Part shown: positions 24,413-35,000 of the stretch, in pieces | How positions within the stretch are numbered: the first letter of the stretch is position 1 | How the letters are laid out: each line of letters begins with the position of its first letter | DNA from: an uncultured Actinomycetota bacterium | GTDB lineage: Bacteria; Actinomycetota; Actinomycetes; UBA12327 | DNA length: 64,000 nucleotides | NCBI GenBank assembly: GCA_963850215.1 | Contig: CAWKKI010000011.1 | Span: 219,776 to 283,775, forward strand | Direction: 5' to 3' | The notes under the pieces: model-generated | Databases searched by the model: none | What the model was told of the DNA's origin: nothing | What the model saw: only the letters and a program-made list of their open reading frames with translations | Made by a program: the position numbers and the translations under genes

Positions 24413-25260
24413 TTTTGCTGACTGCGGCCAACGGGCGGACCGGCCGCGCCGTGCTGTCCGCGCTGAGTGCTCGCGGCGCGTCGGTCCGGGTGTTCGTTCG
24501 CAACGGGGACCAAAGTGCGGCTCTGCGCGCTCTAGGCGCTAGCGAAGTGGCCGTGGGCGACATGCTCGACGCATCGAGCATCCAGCCGGCGGTCGAGGGC
24601 TGCGACACCGTGATCCACATCGGGCCGCCGATGAGTCCCGACGAGGTCGAGATCACGCAGTCGTTCGTGTCGGCGTCACTCGGCTCGGGGGTCGAGCAGT
24701 TCCTCTACTACTCGGTCATGCATCCGTTCCGGCGCGGGGTGCGCCATCACTCATTGAAGCTCGACGCGACCGAGATGGTCGTCGAGTCCGGCGTTCCGTA
24801 CACGGTCATCGAGCCAGCTCGTTACATGCAGCACCTCGAGCCGATCTGGGCGACCGTGCGTGACAAGGGCGTGCATGCGATGCCGTTTGGTGTGGATGTG
24901 CCGTTCAACGTCGTCGACTTGCTCGACTTGGCCGAGGCCACTGCCCGTGTCGCCACCGAGCCGGGCCATCTGTACGCCACGTACGAGCTCGCCGGTCCCG
25001 AGGCTTTGAGTCAATCTGACATGGCGCGAATCATTGGTGAGGTGCTTGGGCGCGAGGTTGAAGCCGTCGCGATCCCGCTCGATGACATGGCGGCGTCGGC
25101 TTCTGCGCGCGGCTTCGGCGAAGACCGGGTCGCACAGATGCGCACGATGAACGCCCACTACGACGAGCACGGCTTCCTCGGCAATGCCAACGTGCTGCAC
25201 TGGCTGCTCGAACGCGACCCCACGACTTTTCGCGAGTACGTCACCCGCCTCGCTGGCTAG
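24409..25260 (+). CDS. NmrA-family / atypical SDR NAD(P)-binding protein
   Basis: ORF 24064..25260 was trimmed to GTG 24409. The N-terminus is ILLTAANGRTGRAVLSALSARGASVRVFVRN, a Rossmann motif. Confidence 0.8.
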   Translation: MILLTAANGRTGRAVLSALSARGASVRVFVRNGDQSAALRALGASEVAVGDMLDASSIQPAVEGCDTVIHIGPPMSPDEVEITQSFVSASLGSGVEQFLYYSVMHPFRRGVRHHSLKLDATEMVVESGVPYTVIEPARYMQHLEPIWATVRDKGVHAMPFGVDVPFNVVDLLDLAEATARVATEPGHLYATYELAGPEALSQSDMARIIGEVLGREVEAVAIPLDDMAASASARGFGEDRVAQMRTMNAHYDEHGFLGNANVLHWLLERDPTTFREYVTRLAG

Positions 25261-25913
25261 GGGAGCGCGTCGATCCGGCCGACGAACTCGATGGGTCGCA
25301 CGCGCCCGTCACTGAGCGCGTAGGTCGCCCCGACCACCGCGCAGGTGCCCGCTGCGATCGCATCGGCGATGACGGGGCTGAGTTCGACTAGTTCACGCGC
25401 GGTGTGCGATGTGTGTCGCGCAACGAGGTCATCAATGCTCGGCGAGTCCGGTTGGTTACCTGCTGCGTCCGCCTCATCGAGGCCGAGGCTCGGCAGCACG
25501 AGGTCCACGATGCTCGCGATGTGGCCCGGAGGCCGGGTTCCGGAATCGTGGGCTTCAACGGTGGCGCGGACAGCACCGCAGCTGTCGTGGCCGAGCACGA
25601 CGATGAGCGGAATCCCCAGCACGCCGACGCCGAACTCGATCGACCCGAGCACCGCATCGTCGACGACGTGGCCCGCCGTTCGGACCACGAAAAGGTCGCC
25701 GAGACCGCGGTCGAAGATGATCTCCGCGGCCACGCGTGAGTCGGAGCAGCCAAAGAGGAGCGCGAATGGGTTCTGCTCGTCGGCGACCTGTGCCCGCCGA
25801 TGCGCATCCTGGTTGGGATGGTCCCGGTGGCCATTCACGAACCGTTGGTTGCCTTCGGTCAACGCATCCCAGGCCTGCGCGGGCGTAACGGTCTGCGGCA
25901 CGGGCCCATCCAA
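25257..25913 (-). CDS. Beta-class carbonic anhydrase
   Basis: It carries LLFGCSDSRV, VVRTAGH and LGHDSCGAV. Its stop overlaps the convergent NmrA-family stop within CTAG at 25257-25260. Confidence 0.9.
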   Translation of the reverse strand: MDGPVPQTVTPAQAWDALTEGNQRFVNGHRDHPNQDAHRRAQVADEQNPFALLFGCSDSRVAAEIIFDRGLGDLFVVRTAGHVVDDAVLGSIEFGVGVLGIPLIVVLGHDSCGAVRATVEAHDSGTRPPGHIASIVDLVLPSLGLDEADAAGNQPDSPSIDDLVARHTSHTARELVELSPVIADAIAAGTCAVVGATYALSDGRVRPIEFVGRIDALP

Positions 25914-25997
25914 TCAGTCGGTGATTCCCATCGACGGTACGGTCGGGTCAATCGCAATCGATGCACTGGCCGATCGGGAAGGCGCGTGGCTGCCGAC

Positions 25998-26210
25998 ATG
26001 ACAGAGACCCCAGGTACCGAAGACCGAGCGAGTCTCGAAGCCGAGCTCGCGGGTCTGGAGAAGCGACGAGACGAGTTGGAGAGTTCCCTCGACGAAGAAG
26101 TGGACGACGTGCGGGACTCGGGCGATTCAGCGGAGCGGCTTGAGGAACAGGATGAGCTCGGCCGACTCAACGATCTGATCGAGCGGTTGCGCGTGAAGTT
26201 GAACGGCTAG
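25998..26210 (+). CDS. Small acidic coiled-coil protein (hypothetical)
   Basis: ORF 25800..26210 was trimmed to ATG 25998. The 70 aa include LEAELAGLEKRRDELESSLDEEVDD. Confidence 0.4.
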   Translation: MTETPGTEDRASLEAELAGLEKRRDELESSLDEEVDDVRDSGDSAERLEEQDELGRLNDLIERLRVKLNG

Positions 26211-26297
26211 TGAAGTAGCGATGAACGCTCGCTAGGACCGTCGACTTCTCCGCGTTCGAACGAGTGAACGAGCGGTCGCATCTGCAACCCTGAGGGT

Positions 26298-26771
26298 GTG
26301 TTCACCTACTTCGCCTACGGCGCCAACGTCGATCCCGGTCGCATGTCCCAACGCATTCCAGGGGCTTCGCTTCTCGGGCCCGCACGACTCGATGACTATG
26401 CCGTCGAGTTCACGATTCGCGATCGCGAGTGGGGCGGAGGAGTGCTCAACATCCGCCCCGAGCCGGGCTTGAGCGTCTACGGCGTGGTCTATCAAGGGTC
26501 AGACGAGGCCTTCGCCGCACTCGACACCTACCAAGGCGAGGCGTCGCTGATGTCGAAGGAGCATGTGACCGTGGTTGGCCCGGCGGGTCCCGTCGACGCT
26601 GTCACGTACCGGGTCGCTGCCATGGCGAACTACGTGCGTCCGACCGACAGCTACCTCCGGCACATGACGAACGCGCTGAGTGCCGCGGGGCTGCCCGAGG
26701 AGGCCGTGGAATCGGTCCTCAACGCCGACCGCTTCGGACGAGGCGATCGCGGTCCCAGCATCGTTTCTTAA
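26298..26771 (+). CDS. Gamma-glutamylcyclotransferase (AIG2/GGCT-like) family protein
   Basis: It has the FTYFAYGANVDP N-terminus and the VYGVVY...LD.YQG pattern. Confidence 0.75.
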   Translation: MFTYFAYGANVDPGRMSQRIPGASLLGPARLDDYAVEFTIRDREWGGGVLNIRPEPGLSVYGVVYQGSDEAFAALDTYQGEASLMSKEHVTVVGPAGPVDAVTYRVAAMANYVRPTDSYLRHMTNALSAAGLPEEAVESVLNADRFGRGDRGPSIVS

Positions 26772-26813
26772 AGTCGTCGCGGCCTGACTCGCCCCGGCCC
26801 GTTCTCGGGCGGT

Positions 26814-26849
26814 GTAGTAAGCCCGTACTTATCAGGCTAGCCTTACTAC
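26814..26849 (+). promoter_or_regulatory. Inverted repeat abutting the marR start codon (candidate MarR operator)
   Basis: GTAGTAAG (26814-26821) and CTTACTAC (26842-26849) are perfect 8-bp arms. The ATG follows at 26850. Confidence 0.3.
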
Positions 26850-27314
26850 ATGCCGACTCCAGCGCTTGCACGTGACCTCGATGTCCGGACGCTCGCGGCT
26901 GACCTACGCGCTGGTATCGGACTGCTCGTTCGACGGCTGCGGGCGGGTCACGCTCAACGAGCTACCCAAGGCGAGCTCACGATGCCCGAGACTTCAGCGC
27001 TCGCCCGACTCGATCGAGGCGGTCCAGCCACCGCGGCCGAGCTCGCCCGCGCGGAGCAGATCAGCCCACAGTCGATGGGCGCGACCCTGGCTGCGCTCGA
27101 GCAGCGTGGCCTGCTCGTTCGGACGCCCGATCCCAACGATGGCCGGCGACAGACGTTGTCCCTATCGCCCGACGGAATCGCGGCCCTCAGCCAACGCCGC
27201 CAGGCCAGCGTCGACCGGCTGGCCACGGCGTTGACCGATGAGTTCACACCAACCGAGATCAAGACGCTGCGCGCTGCAGCGCCGTTGATCGAGCGTCTCG
27301 CGCAGAGTTTGTAG
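26850..27314 (+). CDS. MarR-family transcriptional regulator
   Basis: 154 aa. The winged-helix block is LTMPETSALARLDRGGPATAAELARAEQISPQSMGATLAALEQRGLLVRTPDPNDGRR. Confidence 0.85.
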   Translation: MPTPALARDLDVRTLAADLRAGIGLLVRRLRAGHAQRATQGELTMPETSALARLDRGGPATAAELARAEQISPQSMGATLAALEQRGLLVRTPDPNDGRRQTLSLSPDGIAALSQRRQASVDRLATALTDEFTPTEIKTLRAAAPLIERLAQSL

Positions 27315-27341
27315 CGGTGGGTCTGTAGTGGTGGGTTTGTA

Positions 27342-29054
27342 GTGGTGAAAGCTGCGAGTGATCTCGCGCGCGTCGACGAAGACGGCAAGGGCAGGCACGA
27401 CGATCGCTACAAGTGGATCGCGTTGTCGAACACGTCGCTCGGCGTCTTCATGTCGGCGCTCGACGGTTCGATCGTCATCATCGCGATGCCAGCGATCTTT
27501 CGTGGCATCCACCTGGATCCGCTGTCGCCGGGAAACATCGGTTTCCTGCTCTGGATGATCATGGGCTACCGCCTGGTGCAGGCGGTGCTGGTCACCACGC
27601 TCGGACGCCTCGGCGACATGTTCGGCCGCGTTCGCATCTACAACGGCGGCTTCGCGGTCTTCACGTTTGCCTCGATCCTGCTCTCGCTTGACCCGTTCCT
27701 TGGCACGAAGGCCGCGTGGTGGCTGATCGGCTGGCGCCTCGTGCAAGCTGTCGGCGGGTCGATGCTCATGGCCAACGCGGCCGCGATCCTCACTGACGCA
27801 TTCCCCTCACATCAGCGCGGTCTGGCCCTCGGCAGCAATCAGGTCATCGCCTTGTCGGGCATGTTTGTCGGCCTCGTCGCAGGCGGGGTACTCGCGGCGG
27901 TCGACTGGCGCCTGGTCTTCTGGATCAATGTGCCGATCGGCATCTTCGGCACTATATGGGCGTACTTCTCGCTGCGAGACAACGGCGCCCGAAACCCCGG
28001 TCGCATCGACTGGTGGGGCAACGCAACTTTCGCTGGCGGGCTGGGCGTGATCCTGATTGCGATCACCATCGGCATTCAGCCGCACAACGGTCAGGCCATG
28101 GGCTGGTCCGACCCACCTGTCATCGCGATGCTTGTGGCGGGTCTGCTCTCGCTGCTGGTCTTTGGCGTCATCGAGCTCAAGCGACGCGACCCGATGTTCG
28201 ACCTCCGCCTCTTCCGAATCCGCTCCTTCGCTGCGGGCAACATCGCCGCGTTCCTGTCCGCGATCGCCCAGGGCGGACTGCAGTTCGTGCTGATCATCTG
28301 GCTGCAAGGCATCTGGCTGCCGTTGCATGGCTACAACTACTCAGATACGCCCTTCTGGGCCGGCATCTTCTTGCTCCCGTTGACTCTTGGGTTCTTCGTT
28401 GCCGGCCCGATCTCCGGCTTCTTGTCCGACCGCTTCGGTGCGCGCGGATTCGCGACTGCGGGCATGCTCGTCTTCACGTGCTCGTTCCTGGGTCTCATGC
28501 TGCTGCCCGTCAACTTCTCGTACTGGGTGTTCGCGCTCTTGATCCTGATGAACGGCATCGGCGTCGGCATGTTCGCCGCACCGAACACCTCGTCAATCAT
28601 GGGCAGCGTGCCCGCGCGCCAACGCGGCAGCGCGAGCGGGATGCGCTCAACCTTCCAGAACTCCGGCATCTCGCTGTCGATCGGTGTCTTCTTCTCGTTG
28701 ATGATCGCTGGCCTGTCACGCAGTCTGCCAACGACTATGACCAACGGGCTTACTGCGCAAGGAGTGTCGCCGGCCGTCGCGCATCAGATCGGCTCGCTGC
28801 CCCCGGTGTCATCGCTGTTCGCTGCGCTGCTGGGCGTGAATCCGGTCCAGCATCTGCTGTCGCAATCGGGCACGCTGTCCACGTTGCCCGCCAACGACCA
28901 AGCGGTGTTGACCGGCAAGGAGTTCTTCCCGAACCTGATCTCGCAGGCCTTTCACCAGGGTCTGATCGTGGTCTTCGCGGGTGCGGCCTTCCTTGGGCTG
29001 TGCGCTGCCCTAGCCTCATGGTTGCGCGGCGGTCGGTACGAGAATCCGGAGTAA
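27342..29054 (+). CDS. MFS transporter, DHA2 (14-TMS drug:H+ antiporter) type
   Basis: 570 aa. It carries WIALSNTSLGVFMSALDGSIVIIAMPAI and GRLGDMFGR motifs and about 14 hydrophobic helices. Confidence 0.85.
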   Translation: MVKAASDLARVDEDGKGRHDDRYKWIALSNTSLGVFMSALDGSIVIIAMPAIFRGIHLDPLSPGNIGFLLWMIMGYRLVQAVLVTTLGRLGDMFGRVRIYNGGFAVFTFASILLSLDPFLGTKAAWWLIGWRLVQAVGGSMLMANAAAILTDAFPSHQRGLALGSNQVIALSGMFVGLVAGGVLAAVDWRLVFWINVPIGIFGTIWAYFSLRDNGARNPGRIDWWGNATFAGGLGVILIAITIGIQPHNGQAMGWSDPPVIAMLVAGLLSLLVFGVIELKRRDPMFDLRLFRIRSFAAGNIAAFLSAIAQGGLQFVLIIWLQGIWLPLHGYNYSDTPFWAGIFLLPLTLGFFVAGPISGFLSDRFGARGFATAGMLVFTCSFLGLMLLPVNFSYWVFALLILMNGIGVGMFAAPNTSSIMGSVPARQRGSASGMRSTFQNSGISLSIGVFFSLMIAGLSRSLPTTMTNGLTAQGVSPAVAHQIGSLPPVSSLFAALLGVNPVQHLLSQSGTLSTLPANDQAVLTGKEFFPNLISQAFHQGLIVVFAGAAFLGLCAALASWLRGGRYENPE

Positions 29055-29064
29055 CGTCGCTCGG

Positions 29065-29991
29065 GTGCGGCCCGTCCTCGTCACAACCGCCTGCGTCGCG
29101 ACTGCCGTCCTGACGGTTGCGGCCTGCGGCGCGAGCGCGAACGTGTCGTCGCCGTCGTCTTCACCCCCGCCGGGTCCGGCGCTCGCGAGTCCGATCGCAT
29201 CGGCTACCGCGAGCCACTCCGCCACCACGCACTCGGTGACGCCAGCGGCGACAAAGGCGTCCGTTAGCGCTTCGTCGAAGGCGACTCGCACCGCCTCGTC
29301 GACTTCTTCAACTCCGAAGGCGACCTTCTCGGCGAAGCCGAAGAAGTCCACCGCCGCCGTCTCGTGCATCAGGCGGGTCACGGTCGGCTACTCGGTCAAG
29401 CACCGTGCGATCGTCGCCTGCGAGCGGGGTGATCCGAAAGGCGTCTCGCTGCTGGTCGTCGGTGTCATTCATGGCAACGAGCAGTTTGGTCTCAGCGTTG
29501 CCAGCCGCCTTGAGCACATGACCGTGCCCGCGGGTGTTGCGCTGTGGCTGATCCCGGCAATGAACCCTGACGCGGTGGCGGCAGACTCGCGTTACAACGC
29601 CCATGGGGTGGATCTCAATCGCAACTTCCCCTATGAGTGGTCGCACTCGAGCACGTCGGGGAGCAAGGTGCTCTCCGAGCCAGAGTCGAAGGCAATGGCG
29701 GCCTTCCTCGACAAGTACCGTCCGCACACGGTCGTCATCTTCCATAGCCCGTTCGACGCGGTCGACTACTCGCAAGGCGCCGACCCGGCGGCAGTCCGGT
29801 ACCTGGCCAAGGCTGCGGGGTTCGCCGCCAAGGACCTCGGGCCGCGACCCGGTGAGCTGACCGGCTGGTACAACGGCAGCGCCTGGCACCCCTCGGCCAT
29901 CACCTTCGAGTTTGCCTCGCACACGTCCAGCGCCCAGCTGGCCCGAGTCGCGCGGGCCGTGTTGGCGCTCGCTGAATGGCGGGTGTCATGA
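29065..29991 (+). CDS. M14-family zinc carboxypeptidase-like lipoprotein (MpaA-like)
   Basis: The lipobox is LTVAAC. It carries HGNE and GVDLNRNFPYEW motifs. A Ser/Thr/Ala-rich linker follows the lipobox. Confidence 0.75.
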   Translation: MRPVLVTTACVATAVLTVAACGASANVSSPSSSPPPGPALASPIASATASHSATTHSVTPAATKASVSASSKATRTASSTSSTPKATFSAKPKKSTAAVSCIRRVTVGYSVKHRAIVACERGDPKGVSLLVVGVIHGNEQFGLSVASRLEHMTVPAGVALWLIPAMNPDAVAADSRYNAHGVDLNRNFPYEWSHSSTSGSKVLSEPESKAMAAFLDKYRPHTVVIFHSPFDAVDYSQGADPAAVRYLAKAAGFAAKDLGPRPGELTGWYNGSAWHPSAITFEFASHTSSAQLARVARAVLALAEWRVS

Positions 29992-30074
29992 GGGGCATGG
30001 GCCGTGACCTTGGAGGCGGTTCGAGGCCAGCGCGACTAGGCTGGCTGGACCAATCTGAACCAGAGGGGATACGC

Positions 30075-30509
30075 ATGAGTGACGACCTCGAACTGGGGCC
30101 GATCGACTACGTAGTCATCGAGTTTCCCGGCAGCAAGATGACTGGTGAGGGTTTCCCGATCCTCGTTGACCTCGTCGATAGCGGCATCATTCGCCTGCTC
30201 GACTTGGTCTTTGTGACCAAGGGTCTTGACGGCACTGTCGAGGGAGTCGCGCTGGCCGACTTAGACGGCGACGGCGAACTCGACCTCGCAATCTTTGAGG
30301 GTGCGTCGTCCGGACTGCTCGGCGAAGACGATGTCAACGAAGCGGCCGGAGTGCTGGAGCCGGGTTCGTCGGCCGCGATCCTGGTCTACGAAAACAGCTG
30401 GGCCGGGCCGTTCGCCGCCGCCGTGCGCCGCGGTGGAGGCCAATTGGTGGCCAGTGGACGAATTCCGGTACAGGACGTGCTTGAAGTTCTCGACGCGTTA
30501 GAGGGCTGA
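30075..30509 (+). CDS. DUF6325-like protein
   Basis: ORF 29976..30509 was trimmed to ATG 30075, with AGAGGGGA upstream. The N-terminus is LGPIDYVVIEFPG. Confidence 0.6.
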   Translation: MSDDLELGPIDYVVIEFPGSKMTGEGFPILVDLVDSGIIRLLDLVFVTKGLDGTVEGVALADLDGDGELDLAIFEGASSGLLGEDDVNEAAGVLEPGSSAAILVYENSWAGPFAAAVRRGGGQLVASGRIPVQDVLEVLDALEG

Positions 30510-30555
30510 AACGCACCTCGCTAGTTAGTTCGTTAACAGAAGAAGGGACACTGAC

Positions 30556-30831
30556 ATGCCAGGTTTGATGCGTGGAGTGGCACGGACCGCAGTTATCGCA
30601 GGAACGGCGTCGACGGTTGCTGGACGTGTGAACCGCCGCCAGCAGAACAAGTGGTCGGAGCAGGACCAGCAGCAGGCGCAACAGCAGCAGGCCGCGGCCC
30701 CGCCGGCAGCGGCCCCGGCGGGTGCGGGTAGCGACACGCTTGAGCAGTTGCAGAAGCTCGGCGAGTTGCACGCGCAGGGCATCCTCACCGATGAAGAGTT
30801 CGCGCGGCAGAAGACGTTGCTGCTGGGCTAG
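30556..30831 (+). CDS. SHOCT-domain protein
   Basis: 91 aa with a Gln-rich centre. The C-terminus LEQLQKLGELHAQGILTDEEFARQKTLLL is the SHOCT pattern. Confidence 0.7.
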   Translation: MPGLMRGVARTAVIAGTASTVAGRVNRRQQNKWSEQDQQQAQQQQAAAPPAAAPAGAGSDTLEQLQKLGELHAQGILTDEEFARQKTLLLG

Positions 30832-30897
30832 AGCAAGCCGCCGATACGGGCGCTTAGTCGATCACGGTCGACTGGGCGCCCGTTCTGCTTCCTGGGC

Positions 30898-31320
30898 TCA
30901 ACCCGACCGCTCCTGTTCAGCGAGCCACTGCTTCGCGCGGGTGCGCGACGCGCGCGCCAGCCACGCTTCTTCGACTGCTTCTCGCAGTTCCTGCATGCTT
31001 AACTCGCCGATGCGCGACGCTCGGATCAATACTGAACGATGACCGTTGAAGTGCGGTGTCGTGAAGAAGGGGTTCGACTCGTCCTGCAGGAGCGCCTGCT
31101 TGTCGTCCTCCGATGCAACCCAGAAGATGATGACGTCGGTCAGTCGTTCGCCGGTGCCCGGGTCGAGCGCGTCGGCGCGTGGGCTGCGGAAGAGGACGAA
31201 CGACTTCCCGCCCACCTGGTACACGGGCAGATTCCTCGTCTCGTCGCAGACCTCTACGTGCGGCATGGCCCGCGCGAACTCGTGGATGTCCGCGACCTTT
31301 GCCCGCCTGGTCGTCGCCAC
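30898..31320 (-). CDS. MmcQ/YjbR-like protein (tentative)
   Basis: 140 aa. The pattern is YQVGGKSFVLFRSPR...FFTTPHFNGHRSVLI. The family call is tentative. Confidence 0.55.
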   Translation of the reverse strand: MATTRRAKVADIHEFARAMPHVEVCDETRNLPVYQVGGKSFVLFRSPRADALDPGTGERLTDVIIFWVASEDDKQALLQDESNPFFTTPHFNGHRSVLIRASRIGELSMQELREAVEEAWLARASRTRAKQWLAEQERSG

Positions 31321-31369
31321 GGTTCGAGGCTACGTTTTGGCAGGACTCTTTGCCACGGTGTGAATCGGA

Positions 31370-31969
31370 GTGAAACTTGAGATGACTGAGACGGTGAACG
31401 AAGGTCAGGTGCCCGAGCGCTGGTCCAAGGCCGACATGCGCGGCATGTGGCTCGACCCGGCCGACGATCCGCGTGAGGTCGAAGAGACCGAGCGGACCGA
31501 GCGCAATGTCCTCTTCGAGTACCTGCACCACTACCGAGTAACGCTCGAACTCAAGTGCGACGGCCTGACCGCGGAGCAGCTGGCCAGGCGCTCGGTGCCA
31601 CCGTCCACCATGTCGTTGCTCGGGTTGATCCGACACATGACCGAGGTCGAGCGGTACTGGTTCCGCACGGTGCTCGCGGGGGAGCCCGAGTGGCGGCGCT
31701 ACACCTCCAAGGATCGGGCGGCCGACTTCGACGAAGCGGTGGGGGAACCGGAGGCCGTGGCAGAAGCATGGGCGGCCTGGCGCGAGGAGGTCGGGTTCGC
31801 GGAGGAGTTCGCGGACTCGCACCTCGACTTCATGCTCACCGGCACGACCCGGCACGGTGACGCAGTCACAATGCGCGAGGTCCTTGTCCACATGATCGAG
31901 GAGTATGCGCGTCACGCGGGACATGCGGACTTGTTGCGCGAACGCATAGACGGTCGGATCGGCCAGTAG
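31370..31969 (+). CDS. DinB/DUF664-family protein
   Basis: It carries YLHHYRVTLELKCDGLTAEQL, LLGLIRHMTEVERYWF and MIEEYARHAGHADLLRERIDG. Confidence 0.8.
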   Translation: MKLEMTETVNEGQVPERWSKADMRGMWLDPADDPREVEETERTERNVLFEYLHHYRVTLELKCDGLTAEQLARRSVPPSTMSLLGLIRHMTEVERYWFRTVLAGEPEWRRYTSKDRAADFDEAVGEPEAVAEAWAAWREEVGFAEEFADSHLDFMLTGTTRHGDAVTMREVLVHMIEEYARHAGHADLLRERIDGRIGQ

Positions 31970-31974
31970 GCCAA

Positions 31975-32014
31975 GAGGTCAGCCCGAGGTTTCTAGGAAC
32001 CCCGGGCTGACCTC
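31975..32014. terminator. Bidirectional stem-loop between convergent genes
   Basis: GAGGTCAGCCCG (31975-31986) pairs perfectly with CGGGCTGACCTC (32003-32014). Confidence 0.6.
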
Positions 32015-32033
32015 TGATGCTGGACGTAGCGCG

Positions 32034-35000
32034 TCAGGAAACCGTCACGCGCAGTGATGGAGTCGCTGCGGTGCCATACCCGTTGTACGCAGGGACGACA
32101 ACCCGCCACAGGTAAGAGCTGGCACTGGCCATCTTGAGCGTGTAGTGGTAGGTGCGAGTGCTTGTCGAGTACGACACGGTGGGGATCCAGGCTTGGTAAC
32201 GCCAGTAACCCGCGTAGTAGTACTCCAGCTCAACGCGGTAGCCGCTGTTGGGGTAAACGGCGCCGCTGAAAGTGACGCTCGCGCCATGCTTGATCTTGGC
32301 GGGGCTGACAGCGAACGTTGCTTTCGCGGCAACGGTGACCGACACGACTGCCGAGGTGCTGGCGGACCACGTGGCGGAGCCGGCATAGATGAGCCGGAAT
32401 TGCCGCGACTGGGTTGGGACGTTGGCGAATGTCACCCCGGACGTCGTCGTTGTCAGAGTTGCCAAGTTGGACCAAGAGGTGGCCCCGCTGGGACGGTACT
32501 GAAGGGTGATCGGTACCCCCACCACAGCAAACGTTCCGGAGTGCAGCGAGCCGGACACTGTCACCTTGCCTCCGTATGTGACCAGTGAAGACGACTCAGC
32601 GATGTGTAGTGCTGTGGCCGCTGATGGGGTCACCGCGGCCGAAGGGGTCGACGCGAGGGAAGTGCCCGTGGTGTTCGTGGCGGTCGCTGTGAACGTGTAG
32701 CCGGTGCCGTTGGTGAGTCCGGTGACTGTGCATGTCAGGGCCCCGGTCGTGGTGCAGGTCTTGGCACCGGGAGTTGAGGTGACTGTGTACCCGGTGATGG
32801 TCGAGCCGCCATTAGACGCCGGTGCGGTCCACGAGACGGTGACCTGTCCGTTGCCAGCGACACCCGTCACGCCAGTCGGGGCGCCCGGCACGGCTTCCGG
32901 GGTGACCGCGGCCGATGCGGTCGAGGCCAGTGAGGGCCCTTGGGCGTTCGTGGCGATGACGGTGAATGTGTAGCCGGTGCCGTTGGTGAGGCCGGTAACC
33001 GTGCAGGTCAGGGCACCGGTGGTGGTGCAGGTGTTGGAACCGGGCGTTGAGGTGACCGTGTAGCCGGTGATGGTCGAGCCGCCGTTCGACGCCGGGGCCG
33101 TCCACGAGACGGTGACCTGTCCGGGGCCAGCGACGCCGGTCACTCCGGTCGGGGCGCCTGGCACGGCCAGCGGGGTCACCGCTGCGGAAGCGGATGACGC
33201 GGCGGAGGTGCCCGTGGTGTTCGTTGCGGTGGCTTTGAACGTGTAGGCGGTGCCGTTGGTCAGGCCGGTGACTGTGCAGGTCAGGGCGCCCGTGGTGGTG
33301 CAGGTCTTGGATCCGGGCGTTGAGGTGACCGTGTACCCGGAGATGGCAGAACCACCGTTGGCCACAGGAGCGGTCCACGAAACGGTGACCTGTCCGTCGC
33401 CAGCGACACCGGCGACACCGGTGGGGGCGCCAGGTACGACGGCCGGCGGGGTGAATAGCCACACCCCGCGGTATTGGGCGACTACGTAGGCGTTGCCCAG
33501 TGCGTCGATTGCAACCCCGTAGACGTCCTTGTAGCCGATTCCCATGGCCACGGCGGCCAGACCGTTGATGAGTGCCCCGGTAGAGGGATTGACTTCAAGC
33601 ACGCGCACGCCGCCCGAATCGGTGACGTAGACGTGTCCGTCGCCGACCGCCACACCGGTGGGAGTGACGAGTCCGTCCCCGGTGGTGGAGAAGCCGGCGA
33701 TCGCTGCTCCGGTGGTTGCGTTCAGTTCAACGACGCGCGCGTTGCCCGAGTCGCTGACGTAGAGGTGGTTGGCCCCGTCGACGGCCACGCCGGTGGGAGT
33801 GACGAGTCCGGTGGTGGAGAAGCCAGCGATCGCTGCCCCGGTGGTTGCGTTCAGTTCAACGACGCTCCCGCCTGAGTCGCTCACGTAGAGGTGGTTCGCC
33901 GCGTCGACGGCCACGCCGGTGGGAGTGACGAGTCCGGTGGTGGAGAAGCCAGCGATCGCTGCCCCGGTGGTTGCGTTCAGTTCAACGACGTTCCCACCTG
34001 ACTCGCTCACGTAGAGGTGGTTCGCCGTGTCGACCGCGAGGCCGGTTGGCGAGGAGAGTCCAGCCGCAGTGGCATCGAACGCAGTGATTGCCGCGCCGGT
34101 CGAGTCGAGTTCTTCAATCCGCGAACCGGCCTCGACGACGTATTGGTTGCCGCTTGCATCGATCGCAACAGCCGTCGGTGCCGAAGGACCGTTGACCGAA
34201 GTGTCGAATGCGGTGACAAGAGCGCCGGTCGATCCCATCTTCACAACCCGGCCATAGCCGGGGTCGGACGCGAAGACGTTCCCGGACGCGTCGACGCTCA
34301 CCGCAAGCGGGTAGCCGAACCCGTCACTGGAGGTGTTGAAGGTTGCAACGACCGCGCCGGACGTGCCATTGAGTTCGACCACGGGAGCGGTCTGGTTCGA
34401 GCCGTCTGTGACGTAGACGTGCCCCGTTCCGTCGACTGCAACACCGGTCGGAGAAACCAGTCCAGCCGCCGATGTGCTGAAGGCTGCGATCGCCGCGCCA
34501 GTCGTCGCGTTGAGTTCGACGACGGTCCCACCAGACTCGCTGACGTAGAGGTGGTTGCTGGCATCCGCTGCCACACCGGTGACGCCGGTCAGCCCAGTTG
34601 GGGCAAACGTGCCGGTGAGAGCGCCGGTTGTGGCGTCCAGTTCGACCACGGCCGTGCCTGATTCGGCCAGGTACACATGTCCGCTGCCGTCGGCGGTAAC
34701 GGCGGTGGCTCCGGTTAGTGAGTCGGCAGACGTACTAAACGCGGTGATCGGGGCACCTGTACTGCCATTAAGCTCGACGACGCTGTTGTCGCCCCCATCG
34801 GCGACGTAGACGTTGCCGCCACCGACTGCGATACCGAACGGGTAACTGAAGGTGTGCGCTGACGCATCGAAGGTGGACATGATCGCGCCGGTCGAGTCGA
34901 GTTCGACGACGCTCTGGTTGTCACCCTCGGCGACATACACGCCTCCACTGCCGTTCGCTGCGATCCCGTTAGGGTCGAACGACATCACGGAATTTTGCGA

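Noticed and set aside
25257-25260. Convergent genes sharing overlapping stop codons within the palindrome CTAG.
   Set aside because: This is real in the sequence but is a trivial consequence of compact convergent genes. No further signal was seen.
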